A stretch of 64,000 nt of DNA from Epiperipatus broadwayi (Eukaryota > Animalia > Onychophora): assembly GCA_028023455.1 (NCBI GenBank), contig JAQFVV010000005.1:992001-1056000 (forward strand). Reading direction: 5' to 3'. A program made the translations under genes and the position numbers. Below, one piece after another: positions 41,405 to 53,564 of this stretch (position 1 is its first letter; each line of letters begins with the position of its first letter). Under the pieces are notes generated by a model. The model saw nothing but the letters and a program-made list of their open reading frames with translations. It searched no databases and was not told where the DNA came from.

Positions 41405-42990
41405 TGTGATGTGATGGGATATGATGCACTGTGACTTCTCCTTATATGGAGTCAGGAATTTCTCAGCAACTATGTCCAGAGAAACATGATAACCACTTTA
41501 CCTTACCTTTCCATCCCCCACCCTATGTTTTCCCATAATTTGTTCCATCCCATTTCCACAACTTAATCTTTGTCATCTCCATGGCCTTCATATCTAAATC
41601 TCGCTTATAACCCAGCATAAAGACCAATAACCCACTTTTTGTATAATCACTTTGTTCTTCCATAATTTCATTATTTGTACCCTTTTTGCTTTGAAGCATT
41701 TACATTGAATTAACAGATGCCTAATATTTTCTATGCCTTCCTTACACAATTTGCAGACTAAATCACCATATTTTTTCATTTACATGTATATTCCCGTGTT
41801 GCTAAAGATCCTGTTCGATCCTTAAGCAGTAAACTATTTTCCTTCTATTATCATAAAATTAACTTGCACCAATGTTCCGTTTACTTATAATATTTAAACT
41901 CTTTTTACTCTCCATACTAGTTCTCCATTTCTCCAACTCCTCTATTCTTTATTAATGCATCTACTCTTCTATCCCATAGCTTACCACTATAACACTCAAC
42001 AATCCTCCTAACACAATCATCTCACCTTTTGTACAAAAATAGACTGATATAAATTCTTTATCCAAATCTTCTGCATACCGCATTACCTTTTTCACCCATC
42101 TTGTTGCCTGCCCTTTACTCATAACCCAATTAAATATTATTTTGGCTATTCTTTTATTATTGATAAAGTGCAATCTACTGAACATTTTCATTTTGCTTTT
42201 TGCATCTCTCGTATAAAAACTTGACCATCTCATTTCTCCTTGAATTGCCTTCTTTGCTGTGCACACATCTGCATCTAATGCATGTCTTCCTACTTTTTCT
42301 AAGTAATCTAATATCTCTTTACTAACACGTAATGCATCATTGCCATATGTTAAACCTGCTACTGCCACTCCCTTCCATACAATTCTAGCTACATCATATT
42401 TATTATGTGAAAACATTGTTAATTTCTTTATCAATCCCTTTTCTTTGCTTCATTTACCAATTTTTTCTTCCATTGATCCAAGCAATTTTTCTGATTACTT
42501 AAAATGATTCCCAAATAACTATATCTATTCACCATACTTAACTTTATATCCCCCAATAAAAATTCTTTGTCTTCTCTTTTTCCAGTATTATCCATCGTTA
42601 TATTTGATTTTTCTTCACTAAATTTGATCCCCATCTTTTTACCCGCCCTTGCGCATGTCCTCAGCATAACTTCCATATCTTTTCTTCTTTCTGCACACAA
42701 AAAGACATCATCCACAAAAAAAAGACCCGACAAAATATATATTCCCTTGCCAACTATTAATGGTATCTATCCCTCTTCCTAGTCTTTCTTTTGCTCTCCA
42801 TTTCACTCAAATGTATGATGTATGATGTATTTGGCTTCTCCTTAAATGAAGTCAAGAATATCTCAGCAACTATGCCCAGATAAACCCGTTAGCCACTTTA
42901 TTTTTCATTCCCCACTCTAAGTCTTCCCATATTCTGCCCCATCCCATTTCCACAACATAATCTTTGTCAACTCTATGGCTTTTAAATCTA
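41405..42990 (-). mobile_element. 5'-truncated LINE (RT C-terminal half plus CCHC knuckle) followed by a second short 3' end (42811-42990), nested in the hAT
   Basis: ORFs 42431-42733 (LFFVDD, YSYLGI), 41961-42434 and 41594-41779 (CKLC...HLLIQC); (catca)n-type tails; homologous to 54609-56000. Confidence 0.9.
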
Positions 42991-44418
42991 AATCCCCCTT
43001 ATCTTTTCGCAATGCATTATTATAATCACAGTGGCACCAACCTTATTCTCGCCACTGCAACATATATTTTGATTCTGAAATAACTTGCATGCTGAAATTT
43101 CAATGTGGCACCACTATTATGATGCATTTAGTGTTATTTTTCAATATGTAAATATAATTTATAGCTCAACTTGGCCATCATTACGATTTTATAATTGTGC
43201 TACACAGAAAACATAATATTTTAACTTAAACATAATTAAGGGATTGCGACTAATATTTCTTTAAATTCATGTATCTGAATTAAATTTTCACGACCCACAG
43301 TTTAAGAAATGCTGATTTAAAGTCAAAATTTAAATTATATATCTTATGTGTTTTACTATACGTCATTTCCACTCATGCTCTTCTGAATCTGATCATATCA
43401 TTGATAACAGCCATGTTGATTGCCAACTTCAGATTCATAAGTATGTAACAAAATTGCTTTGTGAAATGCTATGTCTGGGATAGTTTTGTGAAAGATACAG
43501 GGGTCCGTCTTTTCTATAGACTTTTTTTTTAATGTCAATATACTTTGTAGTCTACAGTTCATAGAATTTTATTTTACTGAATAGTAATTCATATAAAAAT
43601 CAAATGACAATAAGTCACCAGAAAAATGAGTTAGTTCAACAAGTAATGAAGTGGACAATGTACAATAAAGTCATCTTGTTAAATTTGAATTGTTAGGAGA
43701 ATGGTTGAGGGAAGACATCAGTACAAAATATTAATGTGGAGACTGTTTAGGATGAATAAATGAGAATGCTCCAGACCTGGAATGGATAGCCTGTGGCCTA
43801 TGGATTGCATGCTGCCGTTTATGACATTAGGTATGGCATGCTTAATGTACAAGTCACAATAATTTGAAAGCTTTGAATACACCATAAATTAAAAACAATT
43901 TATCAAATTAGTTATAATTATATATAATAATTATTATTTGCAAATTTGCATATATATTTGTATGCATATAGATAAAATACAATTTTTGGTTCTCATTCAG
44001 CAGTTTTTTTTTGGGTTAATATTATTTATTTTTATATCTAAAGTTTAAACTGTGTACATTTGTGTAAATATTATTGAGAATACATTTTATTAACATGAAA
44101 TTTAAAACAATTATATGTATTACTGGAAAGTGTTTTTTTTTTAAAAAAGTGTAATATATTTCACATATTTTGAAATTTTGTGACTCGATTTATGATAAGC
44201 AATATTGTTCTCACAAGGCTCACAGCTCAAAAAGTATTGCCTATGCCTGTATGGTACATAGGGGCCATGAGAAGTAGGAATACAAAAGATAAGGATTGTT
44301 GAAATAAGCAAGGCAAAACTCTCTATACAATACTGCCACTCTATGCCAACCAGAGTAATCAATGGATGCCAGAAGGCTTGTGCATAAAATCCCTATCTAA
44401 TGCCTACTCACCCACTAT

Positions 44419-44458
44419 CCCCAGACTAGTTTCTGGCTTGTGGCCTTTGTCAGTGAGG
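44419..44458 (-). ncRNA. Family C hammerhead copy, probably inactive (CUGACAA)
   Basis: Minus strand: CCTCA CTGACAA AGGC CACAA GCCA GAAA CTAGT C TGGGG; G8 is mutated to A. Confidence 0.65.
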
Positions 44459-44874
44459 AGCTTTGGATCTGAGAGCACTGCACCTAGATCTTAGGATCTA
44501 AAGCAACCCTCCAGCAAACACCTTTTATCTCTACTTAACTATAAAATCATGAGAATGAAATTGAAAACACAAAAATATTTTCAATCTAAGCTCAATAGCT
44601 TATATAGTTATATGGGTCTGAACTCAGTTCAGCGCCCATACATTTTGGTGTCTTTGGCTCTTTAACAACCATAGGCACCACTATTCTATTAGGCAGGATT
44701 GGTGTTAAACCATAAAGCATTACATGATCACTATCTCTTATACTAGCACATAACTGTTTATAAAAAGGGCAAAACTCTCTATACAGTAGTGCCACCCTGT
44801 GCCAACCAGAGTAATCAATGGATGCCAGAAGGCTTGTGCATAAAATCTCTATCTAATGCCTACTTATCCAATAT

Positions 44875-44914
44875 TCCCAAACTAGTTTCTGGCTTGTGGC
44901 CTTCGTCAGCGAGG
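44875..44914 (-). ncRNA. Family C hammerhead copy with intact core
   Basis: Minus strand: CCTCG CTGACGA AGGC CACAA GCCA GAAA CTAGT T TGGGA; GUU triplet, weaker stem I. Confidence 0.7.
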
Positions 44915-45289
44915 AGCTTTCTGGCATCCATTGATTACTCTGGTTGGCACAGGGTGGCAGTACTGTATAGAGAGTTTTGCCTTGTTTATAAACAGTTATG
45001 TGCTAGTATAAGAATAGTGATCATGTGATGCTTTATGGTTTAACACCAATCCTGCCTAATAGGATAGTGGTGGCTATGATTGTTAAAGAAACAAAGACAC
45101 CAAAATGTATGGGTGCTGAACTGAGTTCAGACCCATATGGCTATATAAGCTATTGAGCTTAGATTAAAAATATTTTTGTGTTTTCAATTTCATTCTCATA
45201 GCTTTATGTTTAAGTAGAGATAAAAAGTGGTTGCTGGAGGGTTGCATTAGATCCTAAGATCTAGGTGCAGTACTCTCAGATCCAAAGCT

Positions 45290-45329
45290 CCTCACTGACG
45301 ATGGCCACAAGCCAGAAACTAGTCTGGGG
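45290..45329 (+). ncRNA. Intact minimal type-I hammerhead ribozyme (family C), predicted cleavage after C45324
   Basis: CCTCA CTGACGA TGGC CACAA GCCA GAAA CTAG TC TGGGG. Stem I is CCUCA/UGGGG, stem II is UGGC/GCCA, stem III is the palindrome ACUAGU, and the cleavage triplet is GUC. All core nucleotides are present. Confidence 0.9.
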
Positions 45330-46185
45330 ATATTGGATGAGTAGGCATTAGATAGGGATTTTATGCACAATACTTCTGGCATCCATTGATTACTCTGGTT
45401 GGCACAGGGTGGCAGTACTGTATAGAGAGTTTTGCATTGTTTATAAACAGTTATGTGCTAGTATAAGAGATAGTGATCATGTGATTGTAGCAATACAAAG
45501 AGTGTATTACTGATGCAGTGTAATGACAGCAGGTATATATATAACAACTCATCGCAAAGAAAAAGAAAATGAAGTTTCAAAAGTCAAATACATTTATTTA
45601 TATTGTTATCATTAATGGGAAATATTTTCTTCATAATGTATATATGGATATGTTTCATAATCAGAAAATTCTCATTTTTACAGCTTATGGAAATTGGTTT
45701 GCTCTCTTCATTTTCATCATAATGTTAGGGTCAACCTAATAGATCATGTTTGTTTGTTTGAATGTCGCTGTCATACGTAATGGGAATACATGTCATTACG
45801 GACATCAATGATATAATTTTTAGTAATGAGATGTCAGTCTATTCATATCCTTTTGATATATTTTTATAAAAATTTGTAGAAGAAAATTTCAAAATCTTTC
45901 AACAACACTATATAATTCCCTGTCTATATGTGAATTGAGAATTTCAAGGAGAAATTTTGAAACCAAATTTTTTTTTAAAGAATTAATTATAACTAAACTT
46001 TATTTTAAAATTTAAAATTACACCCAGTTGTTAGTTATAGCATACAGGTTACTTTATAACAACGTTTGGAGGGATATTATTCTCTCCTCTTCTTCAGGTG
46101 TTGCTGGCTTGACCAGTGATACTATTACAGGAATCTTGGATTCTACAAATGTATTTTGTATTTAATGATGCGATTGTCTATTTGA

Positions 46186-46335
<150 letters not shown>

Positions 46336-46429
46336 TAAGTTCAGTAAATATATTTTATAATTATTTTTATATGTCAGTTGATAGAAGTTTTTTTATTCAG
46401 GTGACTTATAATAGGGGATAAATTAGGGG

Positions 46430-48985
46430 ATAAATTAGGAAAAAGATTTTAAATGATTTATTTTGTAAAAATGCAAAATAGAAATAGGCACGGAAACATT
46501 CAAATAAAAGTTAAACCTAATTGGATCACATTTTGACCAACAAGAAATATTTAGTTCAGGATTGTAATGTTCTTAATAGGTTCAACATAGGGAGGTGATC
46601 ATCAATTAGTGAGATATAAGATAGATGTTAATGCAAAACTAGAGAAATGAAAACTATTAAAAACAGAAGTACTGATAGTTGGTATTCCAATAAATGTAAA
46701 TTAGAGATTGCAAATTGTTTTAAAATGTTGACAGATTTTGAAGATGATTCAAACTTAATTGAAATCAATAAAAGGTTATAGATACTTTATTAGAAACTGC
46801 AACAAAAATAACTGGTATAAAAAAGCAACAATTCACCATTACATTTTCAACTGAGACAAGAGAATATACGAAGAAAAGAAGAAATATGAAAATATTTAAA
46901 ATTGACCCATTAAAAAATATCTAAAGTTATGTAAAATAGTATGAAAATGAGTTAATAATATAATTAAAGTAATAATGTGAACTGTTAAGGAAAGATATAG
47001 AAAAAGATAAGTTTTAAAAGTATAAAATAATATGGCAGTATTAAGAGAAAAGTTATTTCACCAATAAGGAAAAAAGATGGAACTTTTATTAAAAAGAGAT
47101 ATGGCATCATGAACATGTATGGAAGAATTCTTAAAAATTTATATATCAATATTAAAAAACAAGAACACAAAGTAATCAAGATATTTATTACATCTTTTGA
47201 ATTATCAAACATTTTAAATGAATAGGTGTGAGACATGCAGTTAAATCTACGAAGAAAGGAAAGCTCCAGAAAATGATGAAATTATTGTTAATATCTTAAA
47301 GAAAGCAGATGAAGAAATAGAATAAAGTTATTGGCAAAACCATATACCAAATGTCCAAATGATAAAGCTATATCAAATAATTGGAAGAATGCAATAGTAA
47401 TATTGATATTTAAGAAAGGTGATAAAGAATACATTTAAAATTACCGATCTATCAGTCTTTTATCAGTTTTATATAAAATCTTTACCAAGATAATTACATC
47501 TCACCTACAGTGAACTTTGAATTTGAATCAACCAAAAAAACTTGGATTTAAAAGTGGTTTTATTCAAATATTGAGACAAAAGACCAATGAATGAGAATTA
47601 CTGTTATGGTTTGGTTTTGTAGATTGTGAAAAGGCAATTGATTCTGTATGTCCACAGTTATCAAGATATAGGCCCAGAATATTGTTATATTCTAAAAAAT
47701 ATTTATCCAAGTGCAACAGCAGTCATTAGATTATATAGTGAAACTAAGAAGATATTAACTGTAATGCAGTTGTACAACAGGATAATTAAATATCTTCAAA
47801 AGTTTTTCAGCAGTTTTACAAGAAGTATTGTATATTAAAATGGGAAGCTAAGGGAATAAATATACATAAAAATTATTTAAGCCATGTAGATCTTGTAGAT
47901 GATATTATTGTTTTTGCAAGTAATGTTTCTGTGTTTCAAGAAATGTTGTAAGAATTATCTTGTGAAAGTAAAAAAAGTAGATTAACGATAAATACTATAA
48001 AAAGAATAAAGTGTAATATTCAATATTTTTGTATAAAATAAAAGTTTGATAATCATGAATTAGAAAAAGTTAACAACTACTAATATCTTGGTCAGTTTAT
48101 TATTATAGGTGGAAACATAATGGATGAATTTAGTCTTAGAATTAAATTTGGGTAGAGCAATTTTACTAAAAATAATTTAATATTAAAAGAAAATATGTTT
48201 ATGTATTTAAAATGGAAATTTTTAAATAGAAATGTTTTAACAATTCTTATTTGTGGATCTGAAACTTGGGCATTTAATAGAAGAACAATGCAGAGATTTC
48301 AGACCATTCAACGAATTAAGGAGAAATATATGTTAAATGTAGCAAGAATAAATTTAAAGCAAAATACTTGGGTGAGAGAACAAAAACAGATATCACTGAC
48401 ATCATTGAAGGAATTAAAAAACTTAAATGGAACTGGATTGGACATATTGCTAGAAGAGATGATAATACATTGACAGTTGAAGTCTTACACTGAATAATAT
48501 GGAGAGATGCATGTTGGGAATGAGATCAAAGTGAAATAGTTGAGTGAGAGAAGAAATATCCTTGACATTATTGAAAAAAGTAAGTTTGAAATGGTATTGG
48601 ATTCGATATACTGCTAGAAGAGATGATAATACAGGGTCAATTGAAGTCTTATACTGAGTAATATGGAGAGATACATGTTGGGAACGAGATCAAAGTGAAA
48701 TAGTTGAGTGAAAGAACAAATATCATAGACATCATTGAAAGAATTAAGAGACTTAAATGGAACTGGACTAGTCATATTGCTAGAAGAGATGGTTTTATTG
48801 AAGTCTTAAGCTAGATCCCAAGAGATTATAAAAGCTTTAGAAAAAGTTCGTATGTGAGAAGAGTGGATGAAATAAGGAAGTTGCACTGATGCGGAGAAAA
48901 GGCTGTGGATCACCGAAATTGGATTAAATTTATACAGACTTTCATTTTCCCATGGATTGATAATGTTTGAAAATGATAATAATGA
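46430..48985 (+). mobile_element. Decayed RTE/BovB-like LINE with internal duplication (about 48455-48720)
   Basis: Homologous to 61780-63780 (KAPENDEI, WKNAIVILIFKKGDK, FGFVDCEKA, ICGSETWAFNRR); many stops. Confidence 0.88.
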
Positions 48986-49260
48986 ATATTAATTTTATAT
49001 TTATATATAATATCTGGTAATTAATGAATATACTTACCGAAAAGATAGTTTTTAATATTCAGCTTTATACTGCTTAGCATGCTTTCAATATAGTTATATT
49101 CATGGTGTCTAATGGTGTGATTACAGGTTTTTAGACGCCATGAATATGATATATTAAATATTATCCATTTCTTCTTTCTCCCTCTATATTTTGCTTCTTT
49201 TTATATTTCACTATAAACTCATCAACACTCCTTTAACACTTTAAGCAAATAATTTTATTT

Positions 49261-49306
49261 ATTTAACAGTTTCGACTGTACTAGCAGTCTTTGTCAGATC
49301 TACAAC
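49261..49306 (-). ncRNA. Hammerhead core in 3' pLTR (CUGACAA variant)
   Basis: Minus strand: AGAT CTGACAA A GACTG CTAGTA CAGTC GAAA CTGTT. Confidence 0.6.
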
Positions 49307-50205
49307 ATAAAAAAATTAGACAAATATTATATCAATACAACCAAAATTATTATTCTTCATATTCTTATATAAAATTATAATAAAACAAAATAATATAAAG
49401 CAAAAACAACTCAGTCCAAAACCTTTCAACCAAAATTTTCCCATATCTTTTAAAAAAACCCAAAACATAAAAACTAAACTATAAAAAATAATAATAAAAA
49501 ATTTTTAATAATAAAAATATAAATTTCTTTAAAATCATTTTTAAATTATTTTTTAAGATTACAAGCAAATAAATGTATTAAAACAATTCAAATTTTATCA
49601 TCAAACCATTAAAAACAAAACCCTTAAAACCCATTAAAACATTAATCTAAAAAATTAATACCAAAAATTATCATTTTTATCATAATTACATATATAAGAC
49701 CAAAAACCCAAAATCAAAAATTAAAATTAAAAAATAAACTTAAAAATAAAAATTAAAAAATCAAAAAAAAAAAAAAATTAAAAAAAAACAAAAAAAAAAT
49801 ATTAAAAATCAAAAAACAATAAACTAAAATCATTCTTTCCCCCCTTTTTTACACTCTCATTTATACCCTACTTACTTCATTTTATACCTTCATACCATCC
49901 CCTCAATTCCCTTCCTCATATATACTCTAATACTCCCTACCATCTTTACTTATTTAACTACCATCTTATAACATTTAATATCAATACAAACTTAACTATT
50001 TTACCTTAACTTTCCTTCTACCTTCACCTTTCCTCCATCTTTTTTTTATTATTAACCACTTCCCAACTTCCTTTCTTTCCCCATCACCTAGCTCTCTTTA
50101 TTAACCACTTCTATTATTTAATTACCCTAAATTTTAATTCTTTACCCTATCAAGCTTTACATTTCATCTCACTTAAATCATTCTAAACTTTTCTACTGTT
50201 TAATT

Positions 50206-51420
50206 TCACACTACCAAAATCATAATCTCTTTTTCTCTATTAATACTAGGCCTTATTCTCTTAATTAACAATGATTCTCTTATCTTCCTGTCCCTTCTAC
50301 TGTTTGCAAAACTAATCATTTTTATACTTTCCTTCTCCAAATCATGCCCTGTCTCCATCATATGCACAAATACTGGTGAACTTTTTTCATACCTATGTTG
50401 CCTCAGCCTTGTATATATAGAGTTCTTTGTCTCACCCACATATTTATTTCTAACCCCCTTATCCCTACACTTTTTACACTCTATCATATAAACCCCATTA
50501 ACATAATTCCTCTCTTTATCTATATATTTATTATCCAAAACCTTCATCAAATTTTTTCTCTTCTTATTCACTATTCTGTATTTCACATCACTTCTATATT
50601 TTACATTAAGCTTTTCAATTATACTATTAATTTTCCTAACTATTCTATAATCATGTACTCTTATTCCTATATATTTGTTTTTCCTATCCCTTTTAATTAC
50701 TCTTCTCTCATTCTCTTCTTCCTTTCTACACTCTCAATATTCCTCTTTATTATCTTTTCTAGATACTCACTATCCCTAAACTCCTTAAATATCATATCTA
50801 TTTCCTTTTTATAATTTTCTTTATCTCTCAATAATTATTTGCTCTAAATACTCTTGATGTTATAGAATTAATTTTAAATTGCTTATCTACATCAGACTCC
50901 CAATTCACTATATTCTAAACACCCCTGTTCTCACTTTACACTTCCCTTTACTATACTCTTTTTTCATCATTATATCCAAATACACCAATTCATTATTCTT
51001 TTCCCATTCCATTGTGAATCTTAACTTCTTATCCAACTTATTAACCTTATCATAATACTTTTTTACTTGTCTTTCAGTCTTATTAAATATCAATAAGAAA
51101 TCATCTACATATCTCTTAATTAAAATTGGTCCATTTTCCTCCTTCACCATAGCTTCTTCCATATCTTGCATGTAAATATCACTCAACACTCCACTTAATG
51201 CCCCTCCTATCAATAACCCTTCTTTCTGTTTATAATAACTCCCATTAAACTGAAAAGTAATATCTCTACAACACAAGCTCATTAAATTTTCCAACACTTC
51301 TACTGGCATTTCTACCTCTTTCTCTCTATCCCTCCTATACTTGTCCACTGCCAACCCTATTGCTTTCTTTACATCTATATTTGTGTACATAGACACCACA
51401 TCCATTTTCACCATTATCAA
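50206..51420 (-). pseudogene. PLE RT-thumb-GIY-YIG polyprotein, 5'-truncated and interrupted by a stop at 50908
   Basis: Motifs as above; the reading continues past the stop as VNWESDVDKQFKINSITSRVFRA. Confidence 0.9.
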
Positions 51421-51509
51421 ATTATACCTCTCATATTTTTTATATGAGAATATGAATAATAATAATTTTGGTCGTATTGATATAATATTTGTCTAATTTT
51501 TTTATGTTG

Positions 51510-51552
51510 TAGATCTGACGAAGACTGCTAGTACAGTCGAAACTGTTAAATA
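51510..51552 (+). ncRNA. Hammerhead core in inverted 5' pLTR
   Basis: AGAT CTGACGA A GACTG CTAGTA CAGTC GAAA CTGTT AAAT. Core, 5-bp stem II and quasi-palindromic AACTGTT are present; stem I pairing is poor. Confidence 0.68.
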
Positions 51553-52185
51553 AATAAAATTATTTGCTTAAAGTGTTAAAGGAGTGTTGATGAGTTTATA
51601 GTGATATATTAAATATATTGAAAGCATGCTAGGCAAAAATAAAGCTAAATATTAAAAACTACTTTGTCTGTGAGTGTATTGTATTGTAAAAAAAAAATGC
51701 TTTTGAAAGTAAACACAGACATGTATATACATTACAGGTAGGAAAGCGTTTTTCCTGGCATTAGAAAATTTTATAAGTAATTGTATATACTGTAATTATA
51801 AAATTAGTTCCACAAGAGTGGTTAACAGTTATTTCCAGCGTTAACTATTTCAAATTGTCCACACAATCTTGTGAAAGATAATTTTACTATAGCTTAAATA
51901 TTATTGTTTGCATATTAATAGTGTGATAGTTTAAAAACTTATTCTCATAAAAATATAATGCTAGTAATGATATTAATTAATTTTATTACAACTAAATAGC
52001 TTTCTTGAATATGAATTACACATACCATTAAAACTTTTATTGGAGTTCTTGTAAATCATGGAACTATAGTCCAGATGAAAAATTTGAAACAATTATAACT
52101 GAACTTAAAGAAATTGACAAAATGATGGATCTTTTAATTTATGATATTTGGTCCACATATGATGGGAATGCTCTACAAATGAATG

Positions 52186-53564
52186 TGTAATATAGGGTAT
52201 ATAAGCACAGACTTTCAGATGACCCATCACTCTCCACTCTATCTAATATCACTGATACACTCAAGCACATATATGCTGAAAAGATAAATAATCACCAATA
52301 TATGTATTTCATGCTAAACCAGCAATCATCAGTTGGTCCAGATTATCATCTCCCACACATATATACTATAAGTGCTCAGATATATATTAAGATAGACAAT
52401 CTTCCTACTTTAATGGACAGGCTCCAATCTACTACACCCTCCAACTCTTCAACCATCCATCCAATTGAAACTCTGATGATGGAATGCTCAAAGGCCACCC
52501 TGAGGTCAAGATTCTTGTCACACCCATGTTGATCTAAAGTCAATCTGAACCCCACATGTACAGGACATAATCCATTTAATACATGTGCAAGGATGGGCAG
52601 ACATCTCTATAATGTAATAACTGAAAACAGGCTTATTATATACCTGTGTGTCTATATATGTAATATAGGGTATATGAGCACAGACTTTCAGATGATCCAT
52701 CACTCTCCACACTATCTAATATCACTGATACACTCAAACACATATATGCTGAAAAGATAAATAATCACCAATATATGTATTTCATGCTAAACCAGCAATC
52801 ATCATTTGGTCCAGATTATCATCTCCCACACATATATACTATAAGTGCTCAGATATATATTAAGATAGACAATCTTCCTACTTTAATGGACAGGCTCCAA
52901 TCTACTACACCCTTGAACTCTTCAACCATCCATCCAATTGAAAATCTGATGATGGAATGCTCAAAGGCCACCCTGAGGCTGAGATTTTTGTCACACCCAT
53001 GTTGACCTAAAGTCATCTGAAAGTCTGTGCTCATATATCCTATATTACATATATAGACACACAGGTATATAATAAGCCTGTTTTCAGTTATTACATTATA
53101 GAGATGTCTGCCCATCCTTGCACATATATTAAATGGATTATGTCCTGTACATGTGGGGTTCAGATTGACTTTAGGTCAACATGGGTGTGACAAGAATCTC
53201 GGCCTCAGGGTGGCCTTTGAGCATTCCATCATCAGATTTTCAATTGGATGGATGGTTGAAGAGTTGGAGGGTGTAGTAGATTGGAGCCTGTCAATTAAAG
53301 TAGGAAGATTGTCTATCTTAATATATATCTGAGCACTTATAGTATATATGTGTGGGAGATGATAATCTGGACCAACTGATGATTGCTGGTTTAGCATGAA
53401 ATACGTATATTGGTGATTATTTATCTTTTCAGCATATATGTGCTTGAGTGTATCAGTGATATTAGATAGAGTGGAGAGTGATGGGTTATCTGAAAGTCTG
53501 TGCTCATATACCCTATATTACATATATAGACACATAGGTATATAATGTCTGTTTTCAGTTATTA
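52186..53564. repeat. Family B array 2: 473-bp tandem units with central inversion
   Basis: The period is shown by duplicated spurious ORFs at 52302 and 52775. The array inverts at 53012-53021. Hammerheads lie at 52294-52337 (-), 52767-52810 (-, C3 mutated) and 53371-53414 (+). Confidence 0.96.
53371..53414 (+). ncRNA. Minimal type-I hammerhead motif (family B)
   Basis: ACCAA CTGATGA TTGCTGGTTTAGCAT GAAA TACGTA TA TTGGT; identical to 15608-15651. Confidence 0.8.

Larger units (their letters stand above)
37872..43314 (-). mobile_element. hAT transposon, Charlie/Buster (ZBED5/SCAND3/FAM200-like) type, pseudogenised and carrying nested insertions
   Basis: TIRs CAGCGCTTCTTAAACT / AGTTTAAGAAATGCTG with 8-bp TSD ATTTAAAC/ATTTAAAG. 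Transposase pieces: BED finger (RKRKYDETFLQFGF..PLCLIC) 40717-40926, 40316-40639, 39963-40262 (FGLCTDGA), and C-terminus SNISPRFNLLCSKKQAHPSH* at about 38060-38125. Confidence 0.95.
44310..45485. repeat. Family C: 456-bp hammerhead-containing tandem repeat with central inversion
   Basis: gcaaaactctc at 44313 and 44769 gives the period. The array inverts at about 44920 and reverse-complement units run to 45485. Confidence 0.96.
49041..51665 (-). mobile_element. Penelope-like retroelement (PLE), 5'-truncated, with inverted pseudo-LTRs
   Basis: RT ORF 50908-51420 (DVVSMYTNI, YKQKEGLLIGGALSG, RYVDDF, LVYLD). GIY-YIG ORF 50206-50586 (VYMIEC..C...YVGET...TRLRQH...RKIRES). Arms 49041-49375 and about 51436-51665 are reverse complements. 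Confidence 0.95.

Noticed and set aside
50395-50814. Hydrophobic 139-aa + strand ORF, and similar ones at 57145, 58141, 61836 and 63416
   Set aside because: These are antisense shadows of purine-rich retroelement coding strands.
52470-52520. Second CTGATGA on the opposite strand of family B (possible ambisense, viroid-like hammerhead pair)
   Set aside because: CTGATGA-TGG..CCA is not followed by GAAA, and no stem I or III can be formed.
52302-53397. Three near-identical 73-76 aa ORFs (MYFMLNQQSS...) plus relatives at 15278 and 15437, suggesting a small peptide family
   Set aside because: They are antisense read-throughs of the family B repeat unit across the hammerhead. They have no splice signals or known domain, and their frames are not conserved between B1 and B2.
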